From positions 896,001 to 960,000 of the forward strand of contig CAVRCF010000005.1 in the NCBI GenBank assembly GCA_963719505.1: DNA of 64,000 nt, written 5' to 3'. The stretch comes from Halobacteriovoraceae bacterium. Its GTDB lineage: Bacteria > Bdellovibrionota > Bacteriovoracia > Bacteriovoracales > Bacteriovoracaceae. Positions 28,401-35,764 of this stretch are shown piece after piece (position 1 is the stretch's first letter; every line of letters begins with the position of its first letter). Both the position numbers and the translations under genes were made by a program. The notes under the pieces are model-generated. The model was not told the DNA's origin. It made no database searches and worked only from the letters and a program-made list of their open reading frames with translations.

Positions 28401-30030
28401 GAAGTCTTGATCTAAACTCACTTTCGTGAACTTTTGACATGTAGCTCTCTACATATGTTTTTATTCCTTCAAGACCAGATTTACTTACATACGGAAAAGT
28501 TCCTTGAATATTATTAATAATCCCTTCAACTCTTACCTTATAAGCTTCAGTTGCTATTCTTTGAACGATTTTGTTTTTACTCAAAACTCCGTCACTAGGC
28601 ATAACGATAGATGCAAAGTGATCATTTGAAAAAGTATCCCATGCATAGTCTTCAGCTAAAAGTCTCAACTCAGAATCCTCTGCAGCTCTTTGTCTAAACT
28701 GTGCATCCGTTGAAAGAGAGTTATACATGTCATTAGACATATAACTTTTTAAGTCTCTTACTTTTGTCATCACATAGTAGTTCATCTCACTTGCTGCTGA
28801 GTCACTAAGAATTGACTCTTCTCTCGAAGCATCAATAAGCTTTCCCCAGTGCTTTACATAACTAGAGTAGAACGCATCATGTTCCCAAAGGTCAGTCATA
28901 GCTTCTGAATCATTCATCGATCCACCAGCTCCAGGTCTAAATGAAAGAAAGCCCTTTCCGCACTCGCGAACTTTTGGATTTGGTATTGTTGTATTTGTCA
29001 GCCTTTGAACGGCCCAGTGATTTGTAAGAGTTTCCCTAACACCTAGATATTGAACAAGTTTTCCATATTCAACTTTAGTTTTTGGCTTTTCCATAGCCAT
29101 ATATTCGAAAGTCTGTTTATCTTGCTCGCCTATTTCAAACTCAAGATACTCACCATTATCAACAGTCAAAACCTTGTAGTTAACTCTTGCCAGGATCTCT
29201 AATCCATATTGCTTCTTAAGTTTTAAGTTCAATTCCTTAAAATGATCAAATTTATACGTCTTAAGAACATTGTGATTTTTGTGAGCCACATAAGCATAAA
29301 GCTTATGAAGACGAGAAACGATTGTGAGATATCTAAAAGCATGCTTAAGGTAATGAGGAACGTATTTTCCATCCATTCTTACGTTCGCTTTGCCATTATC
29401 AACAAATGTATTTTTAATTCCTCTTAATTTCGCAAGAAGTGTTAAAACAGAGTTTGTATAAAATTCATAAGAAACTTCAAGTTCTTTGTGATCAAATCCG
29501 TTGAGAGAGCTATTTACACCCTGCTTATCAAGCATCGTCATAAGCGCCTCAGCCTCTTCAATTGATGAGTCTAGACCTTTAACGAGAACCTTTGAATTGA
29601 CCTCTCCTCTTAAAGCTGAGGCTTTGCTCATTGAACAACTTGGAGTTGGTATAAAAGCGAGAAACTTTCCACCAAAGTTTTCAAGGCAGTATCTCGTTGC
29701 TGGCTCGTAATCATAAAGAGTACAGTTATTTTTTTGACCATCTTCGTAATACATACAACTTGCTTCAACAACTTTACTTAGTTCTGCTTGAGAAGGAGTA
29801 AAAGTCTCTCCTCTGTAGCTGAAAGATACCTCTTTAGAACAAGTATCAGTTGTATAAAATGAAAGGTAGTCAGCTCCGTATTTTTTAGTACACCATTTAT
29901 CAGCCGCTTTATTTTCAGTAGCAATACATCCTTCAAACTCTGCATCCATCTCAGTCATACAAACGGCAGAAGCATTCAAGGAAAACATCAGTGAAAGTGT
30001 AGCGATAAATAGCGTAAATACTTTAGACAT
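25405..30030 (-). CDS. Large secreted/membrane hypothetical protein (1541 aa) with N-terminal tandem 4-Cys repeat and a hydrophobic hairpin
   Basis: GGAGAG SD, signal peptide to ASA, Cys repeat, LGYAALVALAVVLIIGSGGTAAPG...FFISFPIVVG hydrophobic region. Confidence 0.85.
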   Translation of the reverse strand: MSKVFTLFIATLSLMFSLNASAVCMTEMDAEFEGCIATENKAADKWCTKKYGADYLSFYTTDTCSKEVSFSYRGETFTPSQAELSKVVEASCMYYEDGQKNNCTLYDYEPATRYCLENFGGKFLAFIPTPSCSMSKASALRGEVNSKVLVKGLDSSIEEAEALMTMLDKQGVNSSLNGFDHKELEVSYEFYTNSVLTLLAKLRGIKNTFVDNGKANVRMDGKYVPHYLKHAFRYLTIVSRLHKLYAYVAHKNHNVLKTYKFDHFKELNLKLKKQYGLEILARVNYKVLTVDNGEYLEFEIGEQDKQTFEYMAMEKPKTKVEYGKLVQYLGVRETLTNHWAVQRLTNTTIPNPKVRECGKGFLSFRPGAGGSMNDSEAMTDLWEHDAFYSSYVKHWGKLIDASREESILSDSAASEMNYYVMTKVRDLKSYMSNDMYNSLSTDAQFRQRAAEDSELRLLAEDYAWDTFSNDHFASIVMPSDGVLSKNKIVQRIATEAYKVRVEGIINNIQGTFPYVSKSGLEGIKTYVESYMSKVHESEFRSRLQKKLLATLRNYNNQSELRRANREAKINETLSVVKKSVQAARILKGLEEEEQIHTMLRLDPENVEELMMFFENKLKSNFDIQFALENNPEWAKELSEFFESIAKDFNKKYLVQKNGKYEYTGSSIARAQSLRKITKEYAKELHKKFPFDVQGYILRQYQNRVEIFPRDNTRVARPRLPVFADGKPFNLSNRDFMQEVSQEDMDNVLNYVARLNENVADNTAVAVHPYFTSVPRKVPGVTPGWNKDKLTTGEVAIPTFINDSGKIISPKGVVGQVNNELLRLVKNANILNKKSVEKLEQKPEVLKYTKARSISEEKRIKSMNHFVYRLLTVLNLNMMGYSNGIVGDLFASQNSDQELLAINKTSQAYQMAPLLRNDYTWTETYTAHTPSYGMYGMGSSTTYQSTKTKKAPLLTQISLEAYNKKTGYLDERKAKEMIDDVIEDGIKNAGSKLYKFCVANYLNYKNDQSFKDMFKASGFLRATIKNPMGGSEEEAKHLENLDTAIVKDIRSKWEALNEDYFEPSLKVLGYAALVALAVVLIIGSGGTAAPGVIGGVYAMASGFLALEFFISFPIVVGSLYARVNTHFVEMPHQLKFQRSLAQSQVDFSQVVDWDMLRSEQAALKSKQAWTIGLMPLDFLYAGALVKHIGKSSGVVGRGAYRRLTNTKLRGFSAPPAGTYKIERFKDLRARLGAPKALVAKGQQIINRARAYQPRYQALPPELLHGAPLRIGLSRAAKEAGVHTKPWQLLEEIKTYQKALSDRLTTYTEFVSKEAGYVQKIKLNGGLGFREVLDNGIQYSKYAFVPSSYLKAVKEGRLVKFLKDNDQMWTELKDMQAKMVKDRADNIAKTVDKMMDFKNGIQAGTIVREGDDLMGQMLKNFTDQEILVLKEVAKKSKGTMKAFHKTFKDHAKVVEGLRPMAYLYGNTAQNFKMAVYPQNTFMGDVVDPNYKFKSDSEDLINYYESMVSQNGTLTEEANRARQIMEEKIAQSMSIDNGVRTYHD

Positions 30031-30064
30031 AGTCTCTCCAATACAATAGTAGTGATAACTATAT

Positions 30065-30081
30065 TGCAATGGAGGTGCCAA
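30065..30081 (-). promoter_or_regulatory. Putative sigma54 (-24/-12) promoter
   Basis: Minus strand TTGGCAC-CTCCA-TTGCA matches TGGCAC-N5-TTGCW, 35 nt upstream of the ATG. Confidence 0.75.
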
Positions 30082-30135
30082 CTTAAGCTCAACTGTGTTG
30101 GCCTTTGGGCATCAAATTAGTGCAGCAACTATACA

Positions 30136-30154
30136 GTGTCTAAACTTTTGACAC
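30136..30154. promoter_or_regulatory. Palindromic site GTGTC-N9-GACAC, candidate enhancer-binding-protein site
   Basis: GTGTCTAAACTTTTGACAC about 55-75 bp upstream of the sigma54 site; a similar site lies at 16744-16760. Confidence 0.45.
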
Positions 30155-30163
30155 CTAGGAAAT

Positions 30164-32206
30164 TTATTCAGATCTTCGACTTTCACGGTTTTCTTGACGT
30201 ATCATTCTCCGTCTTTCACCCTTTGAGAACTCAGTCAATCTTTTCAACACAGCCTCATAACGAATAACAGTTCCCTCAATTTGATCGACAGGAAATCGTT
30301 CATCAACACCATGAAATGTAGACAATAATTCAGGTGAAATATAAGCCGGAAAAAATCCATAACTTGGAATTGATTTTACATTTTCGACACCAGCGCTCCA
30401 TGGATTTCTAAACCATGTTGAGTCACTTCCAGCTGGAAAAAGGTACGGTGTTATCATTGTTTTTTCCGTCGCACCAAGCTCTTTTTGAACGTCTTTTACA
30501 GCATCTAAAATATCTTTAAACATTGCGGACTTCACACTCGACTGAGAAACATTCCATCCATCAAGAATATCGATTCCTAAGTCGCGATCCCCTATTAACT
30601 TAAGGAGCTCTTTCCTAAAATCTCCAGCGTGATCGTGAGAGTGCTTGTACTCTTTTGCGGTATGAACAAGTCTACAATCAACCAATGCTGATGCTTTTTG
30701 ATCTTTAAAATTCAAAGCAGAAAACTGACAAGTGGTTCGAAAAAGTCCATCAACTCCAAACTCATCTTCAACACCACTTAGCACGAGATTTTTAACAAAA
30801 GGAATAAACTGGAGAACCTTTACAACTCTTAACAAGAAGTTACTTTTTGATAATGTCTTAATAAACATTTTCGTTGCATTTGTTCGAACAAATTTAAAAA
30901 ACTTTGGATTTTTTACTTTTCGTTTTAATTTTATCAGTCCAAGACGATGAAGCCCTACAGCGACGGCATCAAGAGCGGACTCATTCATTCCTGTAGAGCC
31001 GTGAGATGCTGATCGAGTTTGAACATTTACTTTCAAAAGTCCATTAACAGTCTCTATTTTTGTCTCTACTGTTTTAAAACTTTTCTTAAAGGCTTCTTCA
31101 AAAATAAGATTATCAGCTTCTTTATTTTGACAGTCAAAGTAGAGATTAACCGAAGAAGCGATAACATTGACCTTTGAATTTGGAGTTTCTATTTCTTTTA
31201 AACTGCAAGAATGAGAATAAATATGTTCTCTTTTAGAGATAAACTTTTTTACATCAATGATTTTTGCCCTATTGAGGTTTTCTAACAGTGATTCAAGAGT
31301 GGAGTGAGTAACATCAAGCCATGCACCACCTTTTTCTTCAACAGCTAGCAAAAAGAGATTCCACTTTTCGTTTGGAGTCTTTGCAATCGCGCCACCGCCC
31401 TCATTGAGAAGGAGTGCAGTATTGCTCAGACTTGCAAGCTCTCCACCAGGTCCCATTTTTTTAAGAACACCTATAGCTCCTGAGCCGGATTGTTCTTCAT
31501 CTGCTACGGCAAGAAAATGTATATCCCTTTTAAGGGCGACTCCTTGTAATTTTTGAATATGCATTGAAATCATCTCGGTGATGGCAATACTTTTCATATC
31601 TAGAGCACCACGCCCCCAGATAAAGTCTCTTTCAGGCTCGCTCTCACTTCCCGCAATCTTACCACTCCAAACTAGACTTGGATCTTGCCACTGGTTTGGA
31701 TTAGCACCAACAACATCCATATGATTGAGTAAAATAATTGATTCGACATCGGTCACTTTACTCCAGTCATAGCTATTAGATAGATTAGCCGGAAGGGTTG
31801 CTATAAAGTTCATTCGAGTTTCATTCTCACCCGTGAGGTCTTCCACTTCAATTTTCTTAAAAGCGTAGTCCAATTGAGAAAAAACCTGTTCAAAGAAGAT
31901 AACTGCTTTTTCCTCATTCCCTTTTGGACTAACCGTTTTAATTTTTATGTATTCAGAAAGACAAGTTGTAAAAGCCTTTTCAATTTTTCTTTGGGAAACC
32001 TGATCTGTCTTCCAATTATCTGAAAGAGAAATATCGGCCATATCTCGTGCACAGAGGTCTCCAGCGGCCATGGGGTCAATTTCGACCTCAGCAATAGAAG
32101 AGACTCCCCTAAATTGACCTTCATCGACAATAAATAGTGTCATTCCAGTAAAAATGAGAAGGGCTGTAAAAGTAAATAAAATTAAGTGCTTAGGTTCATT
32201 CATCAT
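30164..32206 (-). CDS. Membrane-anchored M20/M25/M40 metallopeptidase
   Basis: LNHMDVV, WGRGALDMK, ADEE, NEGG, FHGVDER motifs; N-terminal TM. Confidence 0.9.
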   Translation of the reverse strand: MMNEPKHLILFTFTALLIFTGMTLFIVDEGQFRGVSSIAEVEIDPMAAGDLCARDMADISLSDNWKTDQVSQRKIEKAFTTCLSEYIKIKTVSPKGNEEKAVIFFEQVFSQLDYAFKKIEVEDLTGENETRMNFIATLPANLSNSYDWSKVTDVESIILLNHMDVVGANPNQWQDPSLVWSGKIAGSESEPERDFIWGRGALDMKSIAITEMISMHIQKLQGVALKRDIHFLAVADEEQSGSGAIGVLKKMGPGGELASLSNTALLLNEGGGAIAKTPNEKWNLFLLAVEEKGGAWLDVTHSTLESLLENLNRAKIIDVKKFISKREHIYSHSCSLKEIETPNSKVNVIASSVNLYFDCQNKEADNLIFEEAFKKSFKTVETKIETVNGLLKVNVQTRSASHGSTGMNESALDAVAVGLHRLGLIKLKRKVKNPKFFKFVRTNATKMFIKTLSKSNFLLRVVKVLQFIPFVKNLVLSGVEDEFGVDGLFRTTCQFSALNFKDQKASALVDCRLVHTAKEYKHSHDHAGDFRKELLKLIGDRDLGIDILDGWNVSQSSVKSAMFKDILDAVKDVQKELGATEKTMITPYLFPAGSDSTWFRNPWSAGVENVKSIPSYGFFPAYISPELLSTFHGVDERFPVDQIEGTVIRYEAVLKRLTEFSKGERRRMIRQENRESRRSE

Positions 32207-32213
32207 AGTTTCC

Positions 32214-32240
32214 CTATCGGTAAATTTAACAAAATACTTA
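32214..32240 (-). promoter_or_regulatory. Putative sigma28 promoter
   Basis: Minus strand TAAG-N15-ACCGATAG, 7 nt before the M20 peptidase ATG. Confidence 0.5.
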
Positions 32241-32284
32241 GAATTATTGGTGCTTTTTCCAATAACTCGTTGTATAAGATCTCA

Positions 32285-32686
32285 ATGATGACAAAGGTTT
32301 TAGATAGATTTGGTATATGTGTTTCAGGAATATGTGTTGTTCACTGTATTGTCACACCTATCGTTATAATATTATTTCCAGCACTTAACACCTCTCACCT
32401 CTTTCATGAGTGGTTTCACTTAATATTTGGGACTATTGTCATTACTTCTGTTTTGATAGCAGTCTACCCTCATTGTAATCGTCATGGACACAAAGATATC
32501 GTCGCATTTGCTCTTTTAGGAAGTATCTCTATCCTTTTTGCTTTGTTTTTTGGTCATGACCTCAATGAGTATTTTGAGCATGGCTTTACAATTCTTGGAT
32601 CAATTCTTCTCATTACGGCCCATATAAAGAATATGAAGGTTCGTCACGGTAGGTGTGAATCAGAGTGTTCTTCAACGACAAACTAG
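32285..32686 (+). CDS. MerC-domain membrane protein
   Basis: LDRFGICVSGICVVHC, HEWFH, RHGH, AHIKN; four TM segments. Confidence 0.85.
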   Translation: MMTKVLDRFGICVSGICVVHCIVTPIVIILFPALNTSHLFHEWFHLIFGTIVITSVLIAVYPHCNRHGHKDIVAFALLGSISILFALFFGHDLNEYFEHGFTILGSILLITAHIKNMKVRHGRCESECSSTTN

Positions 32687-32761
32687 TATAATCTTTACAA
32701 GCGAAATCAAGAACTTAACTTTCTAGAGTATAGTGCCTTAAATAATTTTTTAAGGAGAACT

Positions 32762-34195
32762 ATGAGAAATATCATCATTTTAATGTCACTAACATTGATG
32801 ACTATAAGCTGCTCTAAATCAAAGACAAGTAGCTCCGGAGTTTCTCGCTTTGAATTTCTCTCACGCTCCCCCATCTTTCCCAAAATTCAAAAAGAAATCT
32901 GTGACAGCAATATTAGTTTCAATTTTTCGCCTAGCTACCTTTCTGCTTATATTAATGGAAGTAGAGACTCTCTTTATATTTTTCAAAATGAATACAAACA
33001 AGAGTCAAATAAAATTGAATCAACTCCCTTTTTTGAGTCCATTCGCTCATTCAAAGAGGACTCAAATGTTATCTTTACCTATGACCCAGATTCTAAGGAT
33101 GCAAATAAACAAGGCTATGTTGCTACTGTTTTAAAAGATGAAAATTTTCCGGGACAAGATGTCGAAGTTTGTCCAGAACTGACTCATATCGAAAACAACA
33201 CAGTGGAGAATGCAACTTTAATGGTTCATTATATTATTAATAAAACCAACAATGGCTTTGTTAATAACGGTATTGTCCTTGATAAGGTGAGCTTTAAAGT
33301 CGCTCCCTATATTTCTACCGCTCAAAGAGTTATCGGAGGGCCTTTCGACATACCAAGGCTTCAGATGAGAGGTGGTGTTAAAACCGATAATGCATCATTT
33401 AACTTTTCGACTAGAGAAATTGTATTTCTTCCACAAAGTGAAGAAGGGATCAATGCTAATCTCTTTGGAAAAGTTCCTTTATGGGAGATTCCAATGGTTG
33501 CCTCTCACGAATTTGGTCACCATGGTTTTAGTTCAATTATGACTCGCCATTTTCAAAAGACGAAGGAGCATAAAGTTCATCTTTGTTTTGACAATCAAGC
33601 AACTGAAACCTTTGCTTCACCTAATTCAAACTCAAGTCGAAAAACAGATATCGATGAAGCTATACGGGCACTCAACGAAGGTTTTGCGGACATGGTTTCT
33701 TACTATTCTTTAACAGATGAAGAAGCTTCTCTAAAAGATATCACTTGCATGGAAGAGAGTCGTGACATCTCTTTTGATAAATTTAAAGATGGTCAAAAGA
33801 AAATATTTTCTTCAAAAGTCATCTCAATTATGAATAACAAAAATGTCATTCCCTCACCAAGAGACTGTAAGATACCAGACTTCCAAGAGATTCACGATTT
33901 AGGCGCCGTCTTCGCATCTGTCGCGGACAAACTTATGTCGAGAACAATAACTGACAAAGCACAGAAGCTATCAATACTTATCAATTGGCTTGAAAAGCTC
34001 AATCAAGAATACGATTCAAAGTTAGCATCTGCAGATATTAAAAATACTTTTGAAATTTCCTACGAACTCTTAGCTAAGGTCTTAGTTGATAAAGGGTATG
34101 AGTCGGATACCGCTGAGCTTTGTACCTTTTTAGGAACTAAGTTCTCGTCGATGGATTCAACATATAGTTGGAACTACCTAAACAATTGCTACTAA
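32762..34195 (+). CDS. Lipoprotein zinc metalloprotease (gluzincin, M4/M36-like)
   Basis: Lipobox TISC; DNASF, HEFGH and ALNEGFAD third-ligand motif. Confidence 0.8.
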   Translation: MRNIIILMSLTLMTISCSKSKTSSSGVSRFEFLSRSPIFPKIQKEICDSNISFNFSPSYLSAYINGSRDSLYIFQNEYKQESNKIESTPFFESIRSFKEDSNVIFTYDPDSKDANKQGYVATVLKDENFPGQDVEVCPELTHIENNTVENATLMVHYIINKTNNGFVNNGIVLDKVSFKVAPYISTAQRVIGGPFDIPRLQMRGGVKTDNASFNFSTREIVFLPQSEEGINANLFGKVPLWEIPMVASHEFGHHGFSSIMTRHFQKTKEHKVHLCFDNQATETFASPNSNSSRKTDIDEAIRALNEGFADMVSYYSLTDEEASLKDITCMEESRDISFDKFKDGQKKIFSSKVISIMNNKNVIPSPRDCKIPDFQEIHDLGAVFASVADKLMSRTITDKAQKLSILINWLEKLNQEYDSKLASADIKNTFEISYELLAKVLVDKGYESDTAELCTFLGTKFSSMDSTYSWNYLNNCY

Positions 34196-34222
34196 AAAAA
34201 AAGGGACTCAAATGAGTCCCTT
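34194..34222 (-). terminator. Intrinsic terminator of rpmE2, probably bidirectional
   Basis: AAGGGACTCA-AA-TGAGTCCCTT stem preceded by an A run. Confidence 0.8.
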
Positions 34223-34246
34223 CTATGTTTAAGAATGTAATCGAAA

Positions 34247-34492
34247 TTACTTTCCTCTTCTGAATTTCTTATTGAATTTATCAACTCTTCCTTCAGTATC
34301 AAGAACTCTTTGAGTTCCAGTATAGAAAGGGTGAGAAGCTGAAGAGATATCAACTTTATAATATGGAAGTGTTTTACCTTCGTGCTCAATTGTATCTTTA
34401 GTTGTAACCGTTGAACCAACAACGACTTTAAAATCAACTGAAATGTCGTGGAATAAAACGTCTCTGTACTCTGGGTGAATGTCTTTTCTCAT
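34247..34492 (-). CDS. rpmE2: 50S ribosomal protein L31 type B
   Basis: [10 protein letters not shown]...[12 protein letters not shown]...GRVDKF; no Zn-binding Cys. Confidence 0.95.
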   Translation of the reverse strand: MRKDIHPEYRDVLFHDISVDFKVVVGSTVTTKDTIEHEGKTLPYYKVDISSASHPFYTGTQRVLDTEGRVDKFNKKFRRGK

Positions 34493-34701
34493 ATTTAAAT
34501 CCTGTTTTTATTGCTCATATACAATAGATTAATGTGTAAAAATGTCTGTGAAATTTATTACGATTCTGACGTTAAGTCAATAAAGTATAGAGACTTATTA
34601 TTACTTTATCGCTTCAACCTCCTTAAATCACACAAAATCCGACAAAAAATATCAAGATTCTATTCAGGAAACTGAAAAGAATCGATATCCAGGGGGAATT
34701 T

Positions 34702-35736
34702 ATGAAAAAACTCTTAACATTGAGTGTACTTACATTATCCATATCAAGCTTTGCCCAAGTTGATTACTCAGCCTGCCAAGAGATGTTTAGCAGCTATGGA
34801 ATTGATCCAGAAGGTAAAATAACAGATTTTCAAGGCAGTGAACTTGTTAAAAAAGAAGTTAAAGATGGAGTTGAGTCTTATGTCATCAAAGGTGGTGGCT
34901 ATGGTGGAATTGGCATGAATCACGACAAAGTCATTCACATCACTAGAGATGAAAAAGGAAATATAGCCTCAATATTAAAGGGACCTCAGGAAGTTTCAAA
35001 AGACCATCTCGAGAAACTAAAAGAGACCCAACTCAATATGCAGGTGATGATGGCAAAGCCTGGGTTAACAGGTCAATATGGTATGGGATATGGCTTTGGT
35101 AGTGGTGAACTCAATGAGCAAAACGCTATGGGGTACAATTTATCTAAAGACGATTTAAAGCAGCTAAAAAAAAATTGGCGAAAAGATAAAAAGTTAACAA
35201 GAAAAGTTAAAAAGATTATTAAAAAAATGCAAGACTCTGGTAAAGGCCAATTCCATATTGGAAGCGAGTCAAAATTTATTGTAAAAGATAATAAGTGTGA
35301 ACGTATTGAAAAAAGTAATAGGTTCTATTCTGAAGCTGACAAAAAAATTGATTCTCATAAACTGCACTCAAAGTCTGCTTGTGAAGAAGTGGCAAAAATT
35401 TATAAAAAGCACCGAGATGAGCTTTATAAATGTGATATGGCCCACCAAGCAGTTTCAAAAGATTTGTATTCGAATATTTCAAAAATTAAAGATATCCAAC
35501 CATTCATGGGGATGGGCATGACTGGAGGATACGGCATGGGAGCAGGATTAGGCAGTATTTCATCTAATCCTATCAATGGCCATGTAGCGGTATGTAAGTC
35601 TAATTATCCATCTCTTCATGAACCGTATGCACTTCCAATGTCTCCAGCTGGCGGTGGACAATCGGGATACGGATCCCCTTATAGTTCTGAAAATACTGGT
35701 TTTGGAATTTCAAATGGATTAGGAATAGGTTTTTAA
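34702..35736 (+). CDS. Secreted hypothetical protein with Gly/Tyr/Met-rich low-complexity inserts
   Basis: Signal peptide SSFA; repeated GYG/YGMG motifs. Confidence 0.8.
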   Translation: MKKLLTLSVLTLSISSFAQVDYSACQEMFSSYGIDPEGKITDFQGSELVKKEVKDGVESYVIKGGGYGGIGMNHDKVIHITRDEKGNIASILKGPQEVSKDHLEKLKETQLNMQVMMAKPGLTGQYGMGYGFGSGELNEQNAMGYNLSKDDLKQLKKNWRKDKKLTRKVKKIIKKMQDSGKGQFHIGSESKFIVKDNKCERIEKSNRFYSEADKKIDSHKLHSKSACEEVAKIYKKHRDELYKCDMAHQAVSKDLYSNISKIKDIQPFMGMGMTGGYGMGAGLGSISSNPINGHVAVCKSNYPSLHEPYALPMSPAGGGQSGYGSPYSSENTGFGISNGLGIGF

Positions 35737-35742
35737 ACAAAT

Positions 35743-35764
35743 GGCTCCTTACGGAGCCTTTTTT
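35743..35764 (+). terminator. Intrinsic terminator between convergent genes
   Basis: GGCTCC-TTAC-GGAGCC followed by a T run. Confidence 0.75.
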
